In this document: positions 19,738-29,274 of the stretch, piece by piece
How positions within the stretch are numbered: position 1 is the first letter of the stretch
Layout of the letters: each line of letters starts with the position of its first letter
Source: a virus
Virus record (IMG/VR): IMGVR_UViG_3300032251_000001
Span: 71,789-135,788 of that record
Length of the DNA stretch: 64,000 bases
Reading direction: 5' to 3' (one strand)
Translations under genes and position numbers: made by a program
Notes under the pieces: model-generated
Told to the model about the DNA's origin: nothing
Databases searched by the model: none
What the model saw: the letters and a program-made list of their open reading frames with translations, nothing else

Positions 19738-20016
19738 CTACTCAAATTCAAATCCAGCTATTGCTGATGCTAATCTACCTTGTGTTGTTTCTATTGTACC
19801 AAATCTATTGTGCTTAACAGTGTATTCAGCTGCTTTCTTAGTATTTATAAACTCCAACTTAGTACTGATTATAAGGGTATCACCTACTTTACATTCTTTA
19901 AGAAGTTTAGGTGTAAAGTTATTAAATCTACACTTATCTTTATCTATTGATTTAATAGTTAATACTCTACTTTCTAATGGTATTGATACTTCATACTTTG
20001 CAACATAATGACTCAT
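19738..20016 (-). CDS. hypothetical protein
   Basis: In-operon 92-aa ORF. Confidence 0.65.
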   Translation of the reverse strand: MSHYVAKYEVSIPLESRVLTIKSIDKDKCRFNNFTPKLLKECKVGDTLIISTKLEFINTKKAAEYTVKHNRFGTIETTQGRLASAIAGFEFE

Positions 20017-20018
20017 AA

Positions 20019-20438
20019 TTAATTTACCCTTTCTACTATCTTTGCGAATTCAGATATTATTGCACATATAATTTCTCCAGGCTTTTGGACTCTGGCTGAA
20101 TAATCATTGTACAATACCTCAATGTTAAAACCATTTATTCCTAACTTAACAACTCTACCTATAGTAGAATTTGGTTTTAGTACTGTAGGGTTATGATATG
20201 TATGCATATCCCTAACAGTGACTAAATCACCAACAATAATATCATTTCTACGACCTTCAATTATATTATCTATCATCATACATCTTACTTGTTCTGATAC
20301 GTAAGTTCTATTAGCATAATTGTGACCGTCCATATGTAATTTATGGTCTTTCCAACCTTTAATATCAGGTGTCATCTTAAGCTCTTCATAATCTTGAAGT
20401 TTATATGTTTTACCATTAAATTCAATAACTTTAAGCAT
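20019..20438 (-). CDS. hypothetical protein
   Basis: SD aggagag; IIVGDLVTV...IGRVV suggests an SH3-like beta barrel. Confidence 0.65.
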   Translation of the reverse strand: MLKVIEFNGKTYKLQDYEELKMTPDIKGWKDHKLHMDGHNYANRTYVSEQVRCMMIDNIIEGRRNDIIVGDLVTVRDMHTYHNPTVLKPNSTIGRVVKLGINGFNIEVLYNDYSARVQKPGEIICAIISEFAKIVERVN

Positions 20439-20440
20439 GT

Positions 20441-20758
20441 CTACTCTCCTCTTAAATAGTTTACTTTCTTATAGAATACATGGAATACTAACTCATGTAA
20501 GTGTGAATGTCCTTGTCTAATCTGAACTGTACCTAAAAATGTATAATCAGATATGTTATAATCTAATAAGTGTCCAGTTCCTACCATCTTAATACTAAAT
20601 CGATTAGGTCTTTCCATTGAATCATCATTGATAAAGTAAGCTTTTATTTCATCATTCTGATTGATTACGCTTAGGAATTCATTAGACTTACAATATACTT
20701 CTTGTTTACCTATAATATCTAATGACTCTTTAAATATTTTCTTCATAATAACCTCCAA
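20441..20758 (-). CDS. DUF7352-like small beta protein (hypothetical)
   Basis: GTGH...FLGTVQI...VFHVF pattern; family label uncertain. Confidence 0.5.
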   Translation of the reverse strand: MEVIMKKIFKESLDIIGKQEVYCKSNEFLSVINQNDEIKAYFINDDSMERPNRFSIKMVGTGHLLDYNISDYTFLGTVQIRQGHSHLHELVFHVFYKKVNYLRGE

Positions 20759-20760
20759 TG

Positions 20761-21651
20761 TTATATTACTTCAATTATTACATCATTTGTACGTGTGTAC
20801 AAATCATCATATTCATCAATAACAGTTATAATTTTAAATACCTGAATTCCATTAAGTTTTTCAATCTTAGTCAGTATTACTGAATAATCACCACTTTTTA
20901 CTTTAATGATAAGTGTTTCATTTATATCAACTGAATTGATTTTCTTTTGATGAATTCTAAACGTAGGAATAAATTTTTTCAGTATTGATGTCATACCAAT
21001 GTTTCGTAAAGTTAGTCTTTCAATTATTGCATGTTTCGTAAATTTAATAGTGTACTCTGTTGATTTAATACTAAATATTAGTGTATCATTACTCATCATG
21101 GCTGTTTGTTTATCTTTGTAACTATCAGGTTTAGGTTTACTTAACTTATCATTCATTACTGAACTTTTACTAAATGATAGTTCGTCAAACATAGATACTA
21201 TTTTAGTGTTACTTAATTTAATAAAAATCCCTAACGTAGTATTATTAAATTGCAATCTAAGATATTCATCCATAGCTAAAATTGTTAAAAGATTTATATC
21301 CATTTTATTTTTACTTAAAAATGGACGTCCATCTGATGTACGATTAGTCTTTGCAAGTTTAAATACATATGACGCAATTCTAGCATTAACTTCACCAACA
21401 GGTATGCCACAATTCTTTAGAATTTCATCACTAAATGTCTCATCAGTATTATATCTTTCTATAAATTCTCTATTGATATCTATATAAAATAATGTATACT
21501 CTTTAATGATATTAGATTTCTTTAATTCAATGTAATAATGTACTTTATTATTTTCAATATCCAACTTGTTGCGTAAATAACCTCTCTTATATTTTTTCCC
21601 CCAACTTGTTTTTAACCTATTATCTTTAAACTTTTTCTCTAAACTATTCAT
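20761..21651 (-). CDS. hypothetical protein with C-terminal DUF4258/RelE(BECR)-like segment
   Basis: FTKHAIIERLTLRNI...IITVI; TATATTAT upstream on the minus strand (21673-21680). Confidence 0.5.
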   Translation of the reverse strand: MNSLEKKFKDNRLKTSWGKKYKRGYLRNKLDIENNKVHYYIELKKSNIIKEYTLFYIDINREFIERYNTDETFSDEILKNCGIPVGEVNARIASYVFKLAKTNRTSDGRPFLSKNKMDINLLTILAMDEYLRLQFNNTTLGIFIKLSNTKIVSMFDELSFSKSSVMNDKLSKPKPDSYKDKQTAMMSNDTLIFSIKSTEYTIKFTKHAIIERLTLRNIGMTSILKKFIPTFRIHQKKINSVDINETLIIKVKSGDYSVILTKIEKLNGIQVFKIITVIDEYDDLYTRTNDVIIEVI

Positions 21652-21767
21652 AATACCCTCCTATTCACTATTATAATATATGTTTTATTTATATTTTGAA
21701 TCAATATATAGATATATATTATAGAACTAGACAAAGGATAAAACTATATTAATAAAAGGAGATTATT

Positions 21768-22301
21768 ATGACAACATTAAAGACAGAACAGATTCTACAA
21801 GAGAAATTAAAGAAATATTGGATGTTTAAAGAACTAAATCACCATATACCTGAACTACAAGGTAATACCTTAGATTATTTAAAGGGAGAAAAGACTAGAT
21901 TTTCATCTAAATATACTAACTGTTTAGCTATTAATCTAAGTGGGAAAGGTCATCATGATATTGGTATTATAAATTCATGCAATTTAAACAATGATAAGTC
22001 TACTCTTAGATTTGAAATTATTTATAAGATGGGTAAGAAGACAACTAATTGGAACTGTAGTAATACTTTAGTATTTCCTAATAAACATATAGCTATTATG
22101 GAATTACTAAACACTTTAGATGATGAGATGGAAGAAGTTGAAGAACCTTCTAAAACATTTATGTTATCTTGCATTAAGTGCTTCTATGGTGCTGATATTG
22201 ATTCATGCTTAGAGATTAGAGATGGAAAGATTATGGTAGTATGTGGAAATTGTGGAAACGTTCATGAAACTAATGTAGGATTAGCTTTTGTTCAGAAATA
22301 A
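21768..22301 (+). CDS. hypothetical protein with C-terminal Zn ribbon
   Basis: CIKC...CGNC; TATATTAT at 21715. Confidence 0.7.
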   Translation: MTTLKTEQILQEKLKKYWMFKELNHHIPELQGNTLDYLKGEKTRFSSKYTNCLAINLSGKGHHDIGIINSCNLNNDKSTLRFEIIYKMGKKTTNWNCSNTLVFPNKHIAIMELLNTLDDEMEEVEEPSKTFMLSCIKCFYGADIDSCLEIRDGKIMVVCGNCGNVHETNVGLAFVQK

Positions 22302-22318
22302 TTAAGAGGAGATTTAAT

Positions 22319-22654
22319 ATGTATGACATCCAAGTAAAGAATATGAAAGTATATAAGGGGAATGAACCTTATGACTTGAAAGTTGACAGAAGTAGTGTAC
22401 TCGGTAATAAATTCTTCATGAATAATGAGAGTGAACGTGACAGAGTGTGTGAGAAATACGCAGAATGGTTGGAAACTAAGATTATTAGTAAAGATGAAAA
22501 CATTATGAATGAACTGTATAAACTTTATGATACTTATCAAATGTACAATCAGCTGAACTTACTATGTTGGTGTAGTCCTAAAAGATGTCATGCAGATTAT
22601 ATCAAGAAAGTTATAATTAGAGCCTTAGAATGTGTAGATGGAGGAAAGATTTAA
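22319..22654 (+). CDS. DUF4326 domain protein
   Basis: VDRSSVLGNKF...LLCWCSPKRCHAD signature. Confidence 0.85.
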   Translation: MYDIQVKNMKVYKGNEPYDLKVDRSSVLGNKFFMNNESERDRVCEKYAEWLETKIISKDENIMNELYKLYDTYQMYNQLNLLCWCSPKRCHADYIKKVIIRALECVDGGKI

Positions 22655-22655
22655 C

Positions 22656-23081
22656 ATGGAATATAGAGTTATTAAAAATGTTGTAGATAAATTTGTAGAA
22701 GGTGGGTATACAAGAGATGAAGGAGATTCAATTGAAAACATATCTATACCTGATGACTATTTATTTAATGACTTAGAAGATGCTATGAATTACATTAATA
22801 ATTATTTAGAAATATATTTACATGAAAGTAATATATACGTGCATGAAATTCAAATATATCCTTTATCTAAACTAGGTAGAAATCCTTTAATGCTTAGAGT
22901 TATGCTTGATGAATATGAAGATGATTTAATGTTATTCTATATAACATTTAATAATCATGGAGAGTTAGTACAAGAACTAAGAGAGTGTATGATTCAGCTA
23001 GAGTTGAATAGAGAACTAAATGTACCTACTAAAAAAGAACAACATGATAAAGAATTGCATGATAGATTAATGAACCAATAG
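22656..23081 (+). CDS. hypothetical protein, paralog of 18923..19522
   Basis: FNNHGELVQELRECMIQLELNREL; start moved to ATG 22656. Confidence 0.75.
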   Translation: MEYRVIKNVVDKFVEGGYTRDEGDSIENISIPDDYLFNDLEDAMNYINNYLEIYLHESNIYVHEIQIYPLSKLGRNPLMLRVMLDEYEDDLMLFYITFNNHGELVQELRECMIQLELNRELNVPTKKEQHDKELHDRLMNQ

Positions 23082-23089
23082 GAGGAATT

Positions 23090-23395
23090 ATGAAGAAATT
23101 TAGAAGAAGTTTTGATGAAGTAAGATACTATATTAAGTTACTATCTGAAAATGGAACACCTGCATTAGATATATTGGAATACATTAAGAAAAAGACATCT
23201 GACATCAAGGTATCTAATCAAAGATTGCAGCAATATCTAATACTATCTCAATATTTATATGGTAAGATAGATGTTGCTGAAATAACACAAGATGATATCA
23301 GTGAACAGATAAATATTATCACTATTAATGATGCCATGTTCTATAAACTTTGCGATATACTTGAGAGCATGTGTGAAAATCTTAAATTAATCTAA
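23090..23395 (+). CDS. hypothetical protein
   Basis: SD taggagg. Confidence 0.7.
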   Translation: MKKFRRSFDEVRYYIKLLSENGTPALDILEYIKKKTSDIKVSNQRLQQYLILSQYLYGKIDVAEITQDDISEQINIITINDAMFYKLCDILESMCENLKLI

Positions 23396-23404
23396 GGAGA
23401 GTTT

Positions 23405-23665
23405 ATGAGAAAGAAATTAACATGGTTAGTTATAATACTAACAACATTATCAACTATTGAAGCTATAAAATATATTTATTTTAGAAAATATATAGATAGT
23501 TTTGAGTTGTGGACGATATTACTTACTGTACCTTATTTAATATCAATATTAATACTAAGAGCTAAATACAGTGACCCAGGATACATTAACCATAGGGTAT
23601 ATAAATTTAACTTTATATGTAGTATACTTATCATAGGTACAATTATATTTAGAAACTGTATATAA
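23405..23665 (+). CDS. three-TM membrane protein
   Basis: Three hydrophobic segments; SD taaggag. Confidence 0.7.
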   Translation: MRKKLTWLVIILTTLSTIEAIKYIYFRKYIDSFELWTILLTVPYLISILILRAKYSDPGYINHRVYKFNFICSILIIGTIIFRNCI

Positions 23666-23683
23666 CATATTATTAACTAAATA

Positions 23684-24070
23684 ATGAAAGAAGGGATAAT
23701 TATGATAGAACACTTATCTGAAGCTATGAGAGTTCCAGATGCTATTGAAGATGAAGCAACTAAAATTGTAAGAGAGATGGTTATTTTAGTTGAGAATAAT
23801 GACGAAAAGTATGCTGACTTTATTATTCACTTCAAAAACATTACTAAGAATAAGTTAATGTATGCTACACAATACATCATTGAAGTATATTTATATGGTG
23901 TTAAAGAAGGTTATGTTAGTGGAGTACCTTTCCACAATCAACAATCTGTTGTAGATAGACTGTATTCAGTTAATACTAAACCATCAATTAAATCATATAA
24001 TTCTTATTATCGTGATGCTATTAAAGCTGATGCTGTTATTGGAAAGTATATGGTAAAAACTATTATCTAA
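23684..24070 (+). CDS. hypothetical protein
   Basis: AACA-N6-TA at 23664-23675; true start may be ATG 23702. Confidence 0.7.
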   Translation: MKEGIIMIEHLSEAMRVPDAIEDEATKIVREMVILVENNDEKYADFIIHFKNITKNKLMYATQYIIEVYLYGVKEGYVSGVPFHNQQSVVDRLYSVNTKPSIKSYNSYYRDAIKADAVIGKYMVKTII

Positions 24071-24080
24071 GGAGATAATT

Positions 24081-24230
24081 ATGAAAGAATCAGTCAAGTT
24101 ATTTTTCAAACAGTTATTTTGTAAACACTCTTGGGACAATATGGGTACTCATATGATTCATGGGGGTATGAATAAAGCAACTGAATACCACTGTTCTAAG
24201 TGTAAGAAGGAAATACACGTACCTCACTAG
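24081..24230 (+). CDS. 49-aa DUF1660-like Cys/His protein (not in ORF track)
   Basis: SD taaggag; LFCKHSW...CSKC. Confidence 0.65.
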   Translation: MKESVKLFFKQLFCKHSWDNMGTHMIHGGMNKATEYHCSKCKKEIHVPH

Positions 24231-24245
24231 AAAGGAGTTACTTTC

Positions 24246-24437
24246 ATGTTAAATGATAATCAAGTATCGTTAAAAGAATCATCATTGTTTCTATCAGAAA
24301 AAGCTATGTCTAAAGCTCAAAAGGACGCTTTAGCTAAGGGTAGAGATAAGTTAGACAAGAAAGCTGATAAGAACAAAGATGGTAAAACATCTGTTAAAGA
24401 AAAAGCTATGTTGTTAAAGAAGAATGCAAAGAAATAA
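24246..24437 (+). CDS. small Lys-rich protein with an EF-hand-like loop
   Basis: DKNKDGKTSVKE fits DxNxDGxxSxxE. Confidence 0.65.
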   Translation: MLNDNQVSLKESSLFLSEKAMSKAQKDALAKGRDKLDKKADKNKDGKTSVKEKAMLLKKNAKK

Positions 24438-24573
24438 TACATTATAGTTTTACTAAATAGGAATAACCTTCATACAGGGTTATTCCTAATTTTTTTTGTT
24501 TCCTTGAACAAATTTATAACAACAAGAGCATGGTGATTGCTCAAGGAACATACAAAAAAGGAGAGGATATCTA

Positions 24574-24831
24574 ATGCTTAAAGAAAATCTTAGATTTAAA
24601 TCAGTTAGTGACGGACACTTAGTGTATACTAGACATGGACATACTCACATAGTCAATGACCATGTATGCAATTTGTTTATATCTCTATTGAAGAGAGGTA
24701 TCTTACCTAATTCCCCTTACTTGATTGAAAGTGCTAGAAGAGTGCTATCTAAAGAATCCTTTGAGAAATTAGTTCCACAAAAGAAGAAAGATAAATATTA
24801 TAATAAACCTAAACATAGTAAAAGAAAATGA
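24574..24831 (+). CDS. basic hypothetical protein
   Basis: SD ggagagg; AACA-N6-TA at 24507; terminator follows. Confidence 0.75.
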   Translation: MLKENLRFKSVSDGHLVYTRHGHTHIVNDHVCNLFISLLKRGILPNSPYLIESARRVLSKESFEKLVPQKKKDKYYNKPKHSKRK

Positions 24832-24920
24832 AGAATACCCTTGTGGGTATTCTTCTAATTTAAGTTATATAATAAACATATATTATACAAGTAGATGATA
24901 TTATATTAAAGGAGGAATAA

Positions 24921-26234
24921 ATGCCTAAAAAAAGAACACATGAAGAATTTATTAATAAACTCCACAATGAAAAAGGAGATATATTTACAGTTCTAAGTAA
25001 GTTTAATGGAAATAAAAATAAGATTAAAGTAAGACATAATAAATGTGGTAACGAATGGGATATATTTCCAAGTAATTTATTAAAGACTAATACTTGTCCT
25101 AAATGTAGTAGGAAAGCTAAATCAATGACTAAAGAAGAGTTTTTAAAAAGATTACATACTAAACATGGTAATGAATATAGTCTTATTTCTGAATTCATAT
25201 CTACACGTAATAAGGTTAAAATAAGACATAATGATTGTGGTCATGAATGGGAAGTTATGCCTTTAATTATAATTAAACATAAATGTCCTATATGTAGTAA
25301 CAAAGCTAGAGTACTAACTAATGAAGAATTTGTTGAAAGAATTAATAATAAGCATCATGGTACGATTGAAATATTGAGTGAATATGTAGGTATACATGAT
25401 AAGCTTACAGCAAAACATGTTACATGTGGTCATGAATGGGAAGTTACACCTGGAACTTTACTGAATATTGATAAACCTAGTGATAGTTGTCCAAATTGTT
25501 GTAGAGATAAAACTACTAAGACACATGAAGACTTTGTTAAACAAGCTTTTGAGAAGTATGGAGAAGAATATGTTATTCTATCTAAGTATAAATCAGCTCA
25601 TAAGAAGATTAAAGTAAAGCATACTACTTGTGGTACTGAGTATTCAACTATAGCTAGAAAAATGGGTAAATGTCCATTATGCACTGGTGCTGGACAACTT
25701 AGAACACATGAAGACTTTATTAAAAGATTACATATGAGATTTAGTGAAGATAAATTTACCATATTAGGTAAGTATATTAATTCTGAAACTAAAATATTGG
25801 TACGTCATAATAAGTGTGGTTATGAGTGGGAAGTTAAACCTAACTCTATGTTAAATATCAAATCATTTAGGACGTGTCCTAGATGTCATCTTAATAGGAT
25901 ATCTAAAGGTGAAGCTAAAATTGAAGAATATTTATTATTGAACAATATAAAACATGAAAGACAATTTTCATTTAAAGATTGCGTATATAAGAGACCTCTT
26001 AAGTTTGATTTCATTGTTTATTTGAAAGATACTTTATTTTTAATTGAATATGATGGAACTTTCCATTTTGAAACTAACAGAATGTTACATGAAAAAGATA
26101 TAGAAATTAATAAGACTAGAGACCAAATAAAAACTCAATATTGTTTAGATAATAATATAGCTTTACTTAGAATACATCATAAAGATAAAGAAAGAATATA
26201 TGAAATATTGGATGAATATACTAGATGTATATAA
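24921..26234 (+). CDS. free-standing endonuclease-like protein: five Zn-finger repeats plus C-terminal Vsr/DUF559-type PD-(D/E)XK domain
   Basis: Five repeats of T(H/K/N)E(E/D)F...HxxCGxE(W/Y)...CPxC; SKGE...FDF...IEYDG.FH...RD..K. Confidence 0.85.
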   Translation: MPKKRTHEEFINKLHNEKGDIFTVLSKFNGNKNKIKVRHNKCGNEWDIFPSNLLKTNTCPKCSRKAKSMTKEEFLKRLHTKHGNEYSLISEFISTRNKVKIRHNDCGHEWEVMPLIIIKHKCPICSNKARVLTNEEFVERINNKHHGTIEILSEYVGIHDKLTAKHVTCGHEWEVTPGTLLNIDKPSDSCPNCCRDKTTKTHEDFVKQAFEKYGEEYVILSKYKSAHKKIKVKHTTCGTEYSTIARKMGKCPLCTGAGQLRTHEDFIKRLHMRFSEDKFTILGKYINSETKILVRHNKCGYEWEVKPNSMLNIKSFRTCPRCHLNRISKGEAKIEEYLLLNNIKHERQFSFKDCVYKRPLKFDFIVYLKDTLFLIEYDGTFHFETNRMLHEKDIEINKTRDQIKTQYCLDNNIALLRIHHKDKERIYEILDEYTRCI

Positions 26235-26264
26235 TGAATAATGATAATATTAAGGAGAATAACT

Positions 26265-27128
26265 ATGAAAATGTTTAAGAGGAACTGTTGTGACGGAATT
26301 TATAACTCATTTGATGTACACTTTACTGATGCATGTGACAACAAATGTGAACACTGTATTGACATGAAGTATGATGGTCTAGGTATTAAGAAACCTAATC
26401 CTAAAGCTATAGCTGATACCATCTTAAAGAACCAAGAAGGATATGATGACGTATTATTCTTAGGTGGAGAACCATGTTTATATCTTGATGAATTAATAGA
26501 ATGTATTAGAATAATAAAGATACATACTGAATTAAAAGTATTTATAACTACAGCTATTCCTAAGACTTGCTTTGATGAAAGAGAGAAATTTGAAAAATTA
26601 CTTAGAATGGTTGATGGAATTAACTTATCAGTTCAACATTACAGAGAAAGTGAAGCTGACTTTATTAGAAATGTAGGTGAATCTAAATATGATAGACAAG
26701 AGTTCTATAATAGTTTACCACATAAGGATAAGATTAGAATCAATTTAAATATTGTAAAGCCTTTCCTTTACACTAAGCAAGACATCTTAAGTTGTTTACA
26801 ACACTATGATAAGATGGGATTCAACTCTATTAAAATATCTGAAATTCAACATGGTAAAGAGTACTTTGTATCATTTGAAGAAGTATTTGGTATTAAGTTA
26901 GGTTCACCATTCTATCATGGTTGTCAAACATATTTAGATATGGATACAATTACACAAGGTTTTAAAACTCCAGTATTACTTAAACGTTCATGCTTTATGT
27001 GTGAAGAAACACTTAAAGCTTCGTTTATGGATGGAGTTAAAGTTGTTCATCAATCTATATTTAAAAAGGTTGATAATAAATACTCTGTTATCTATGGTAA
27101 TGGGAAAAAAGAAGGAGGTTGGGTTTAA
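26265..27128 (+). CDS. radical SAM enzyme, putative peptide maturase
   Basis: CDNKCEHC (CxxxCxxC), FLGGEP; start moved to ATG 26265 after taaggag. Confidence 0.88.
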   Translation: MKMFKRNCCDGIYNSFDVHFTDACDNKCEHCIDMKYDGLGIKKPNPKAIADTILKNQEGYDDVLFLGGEPCLYLDELIECIRIIKIHTELKVFITTAIPKTCFDEREKFEKLLRMVDGINLSVQHYRESEADFIRNVGESKYDRQEFYNSLPHKDKIRINLNIVKPFLYTKQDILSCLQHYDKMGFNSIKISEIQHGKEYFVSFEEVFGIKLGSPFYHGCQTYLDMDTITQGFKTPVLLKRSCFMCEETLKASFMDGVKVVHQSIFKKVDNKYSVIYGNGKKEGGWV

Positions 27129-27211
27129 TGTTTACTAAAACACTAAGAAAGATTGTAGTTGCAACAAGAAATGCTAATGGTCATTGCAGTTCTACAGGAC
27201 ATTGTTCTTAA
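27128..27211 (+). CDS. 27-aa putative RiPP precursor MFTKTLRKIVVATRNANGHCSSTGHCS (not in ORF track)
   Basis: AGGAGG at 27113-27118; ATG overlaps the rSAM stop (TAATG); paralogous to the next peptide. Confidence 0.8.
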   Translation: MFTKTLRKIVVATRNANGHCSSTGHCS

Positions 27212-27221
27212 GGAGGATGTT

Positions 27222-27323
27222 ATGTTTACTAAATTAATGAGAAAGATTTTAACAAGACATAGTTATGGTAATGGTCACTGTGTTCCAGACAAGCCAGACA
27301 AGCCAGTAGGTCACTGTTATTAA
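27222..27323 (+). CDS. 33-aa putative RiPP precursor MFTKLMRKILTRHSYGNGHCVPDKPDKPVGHCY (not in ORF track)
   Basis: TAAGGAGG at 27209-27216; shared MFTKxxRKI leader and two GHC motifs. Confidence 0.8.
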   Translation: MFTKLMRKILTRHSYGNGHCVPDKPDKPVGHCY

Positions 27324-27329
27324 TTATTG

Positions 27330-27360
27330 AAAAAATAACCTCATAGGTTATTTTTTTTTT
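27330..27360 (+). terminator. intrinsic terminator closing the rSAM-peptide operon
   Basis: aaaaaataacc-tcata-ggttatttttt hairpin plus T tract. Confidence 0.75.
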
Positions 27361-27409
27361 ATAGGATTAACAAATTAATATAGTAAAATAATAAAGACTG
27401 GAGAATATT

Positions 27410-28630
27410 ATGGCTAAGAGAAAGATAACAGACCAAGAAAAAACTAGACTGTTAAGTTTAAAGACTGAAGACGTGACACTTGAGTTACTTAAAGAGTTAT
27501 TTGCAGCAACATCTAAGCGTAATGCTAAACATAATACAAATGATTACTTTATTATATCTGACCTAGATATGAAGACACATTTAGATATTAAAGCAGACAA
27601 GTCTACAATGACTACAACCGTAGGTAGATATATATTTAACCTTTTAGTATTAATGCCTAAAATAATTCAACATACAGGCTATGTTAATCATGCCCTAAAT
27701 GGTGGAGCAATAGGTGACTTAGATGATAAAGTATCTAAATTGTTATTAGAACAAAAGATAACTTCAAAGGATATGCATAATTACATTGATAAGACACAAT
27801 GGTTAGGATTTGCACCTAATAACTTTATTTGTTCATCAATGTCATATGAATTACTAAATCCTATCCCAGAAGTTGAAAAACGTAAGAAAGAATTAGTTAA
27901 AGAGAAAGCTAAAGAATTAGAAGCAGGTGATGTATATGCTGCTGGTGCTATGGAAGATGAATTATTAGGTATTGCTAAAGATAAGATGAAAGATATGGAA
28001 GCTTATGAAGTATATGCTAGTGGAGCTAGAGGTTCTTTTGGTAACAACTATAAGAATACTAGTGTTATGAGGGGTGCAATACGACATCCAGCAGACCCTA
28101 ATAGATATGATATCAGTACTCATAATCTTATTGAAGGAACACCAAAAGAAGAGTTTGAAGAGTATGCTAACATGACTGTAGCTGCATCTGCATCTAGAGC
28201 CTTATCTACACAACAAGGTGGATATATTGGTAAACAACTTCATGCAGCTTTCCAGACATTAGTATTGGATAAAGCTGGCAGTAACTGTGGTACTACTAAG
28301 ACTGTTAAGATACTCATTACTGATAATAATGCATCTAAATTAATGTATAGATATATAGTTAGTGGTAGTAAATTAATACTATTAGATGAAGCAACAATAT
28401 CTAAATATATTGGTAAAGTTGTTAATTTAAGAACACCAATGATGTGTATATCAGACCATATATGTAGTAAATGTGCTGGAGAATTATATTATCGTCTGGA
28501 TATTGAAAACGTTGGTCTTATAACTAACCGAGTTGGTACTAAACTAATGAACCTTGCATTAAAGTCATTCCATGATAGTACTGTAAAGGTTAAGAAGATT
28601 AATATTGATGATTTTATTCATTCAGTTTAG
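27410..28630 (+). CDS. rpoC: phage multisubunit RNA polymerase beta-prime, C-terminal part
   Basis: GARG, MRG, TQQGGYIGKQL (bridge helix region), CGT, CSKCAG, ALKSFH (trigger loop region). Confidence 0.85.
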   Translation: MAKRKITDQEKTRLLSLKTEDVTLELLKELFAATSKRNAKHNTNDYFIISDLDMKTHLDIKADKSTMTTTVGRYIFNLLVLMPKIIQHTGYVNHALNGGAIGDLDDKVSKLLLEQKITSKDMHNYIDKTQWLGFAPNNFICSSMSYELLNPIPEVEKRKKELVKEKAKELEAGDVYAAGAMEDELLGIAKDKMKDMEAYEVYASGARGSFGNNYKNTSVMRGAIRHPADPNRYDISTHNLIEGTPKEEFEEYANMTVAASASRALSTQQGGYIGKQLHAAFQTLVLDKAGSNCGTTKTVKILITDNNASKLMYRYIVSGSKLILLDEATISKYIGKVVNLRTPMMCISDHICSKCAGELYYRLDIENVGLITNRVGTKLMNLALKSFHDSTVKVKKINIDDFIHSV

Positions 28631-28639
28631 GAGGTATAT

Positions 28640-29173
28640 ATGTTTTTACATGAAACAATTATATTACCTAAAGAAGATACTTACTTCCAGTATGATTTAT
28701 GGGAAGATGGTAAATCAGATGTATTACTAATAACAGGATTAGTTGGTAGTGGTAAGAGTACTTTAGGTAGACAAATGGCAGAAGAAGAAGGATGTGAATT
28801 CTATGAATTGGACTGGATGGAGCATGCTATGAGAGAAACACTAGGTAAAGATGCTGATAAGCTTAGAGACTCTGAGTTCAGAAGGAAATATGCTACAGAT
28901 TTCTTCAAAACTAGAATACTTAATAAACGATTTAGAGGTAAAAGAGTTATAGTTGAAGGCGTTAAAGTAATGAGAATGGATAGAGATTATATGGCTACTT
29001 TTCCAATCATTATAAAAGAAACTTCAGCAGTTGTATCTTCTGTTAGAGCTATTAATAGGGAACGAAAACGTGATGAAGAAAATATATTTCAAAATGTACA
29101 TACTACATTGAAGTATAATAAACGATTCATAAAGTTAGTTAAAGAATTTAAAAAAGATTTAGGAATAAGATAA
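28640..29173 (+). CDS. P-loop kinase (nucleotide-kinase/AAA_17-like)
   Basis: Walker A GLVGSGKST, ELD, VIVEG. Confidence 0.75.
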   Translation: MFLHETIILPKEDTYFQYDLWEDGKSDVLLITGLVGSGKSTLGRQMAEEEGCEFYELDWMEHAMRETLGKDADKLRDSEFRRKYATDFFKTRILNKRFRGKRVIVEGVKVMRMDRDYMATFPIIIKETSAVVSSVRAINRERKRDEENIFQNVHTTLKYNKRFIKLVKEFKKDLGIR

Positions 29174-29274
29174 TAGTGTAAAGAGATTAATTTCTCTTTA
29201 CACTTCTTTATTTTGTTTTCAAGTATATATTATAGTATTGACAAAAAACAAACTATAAAAAGAAAGGAGAACAT

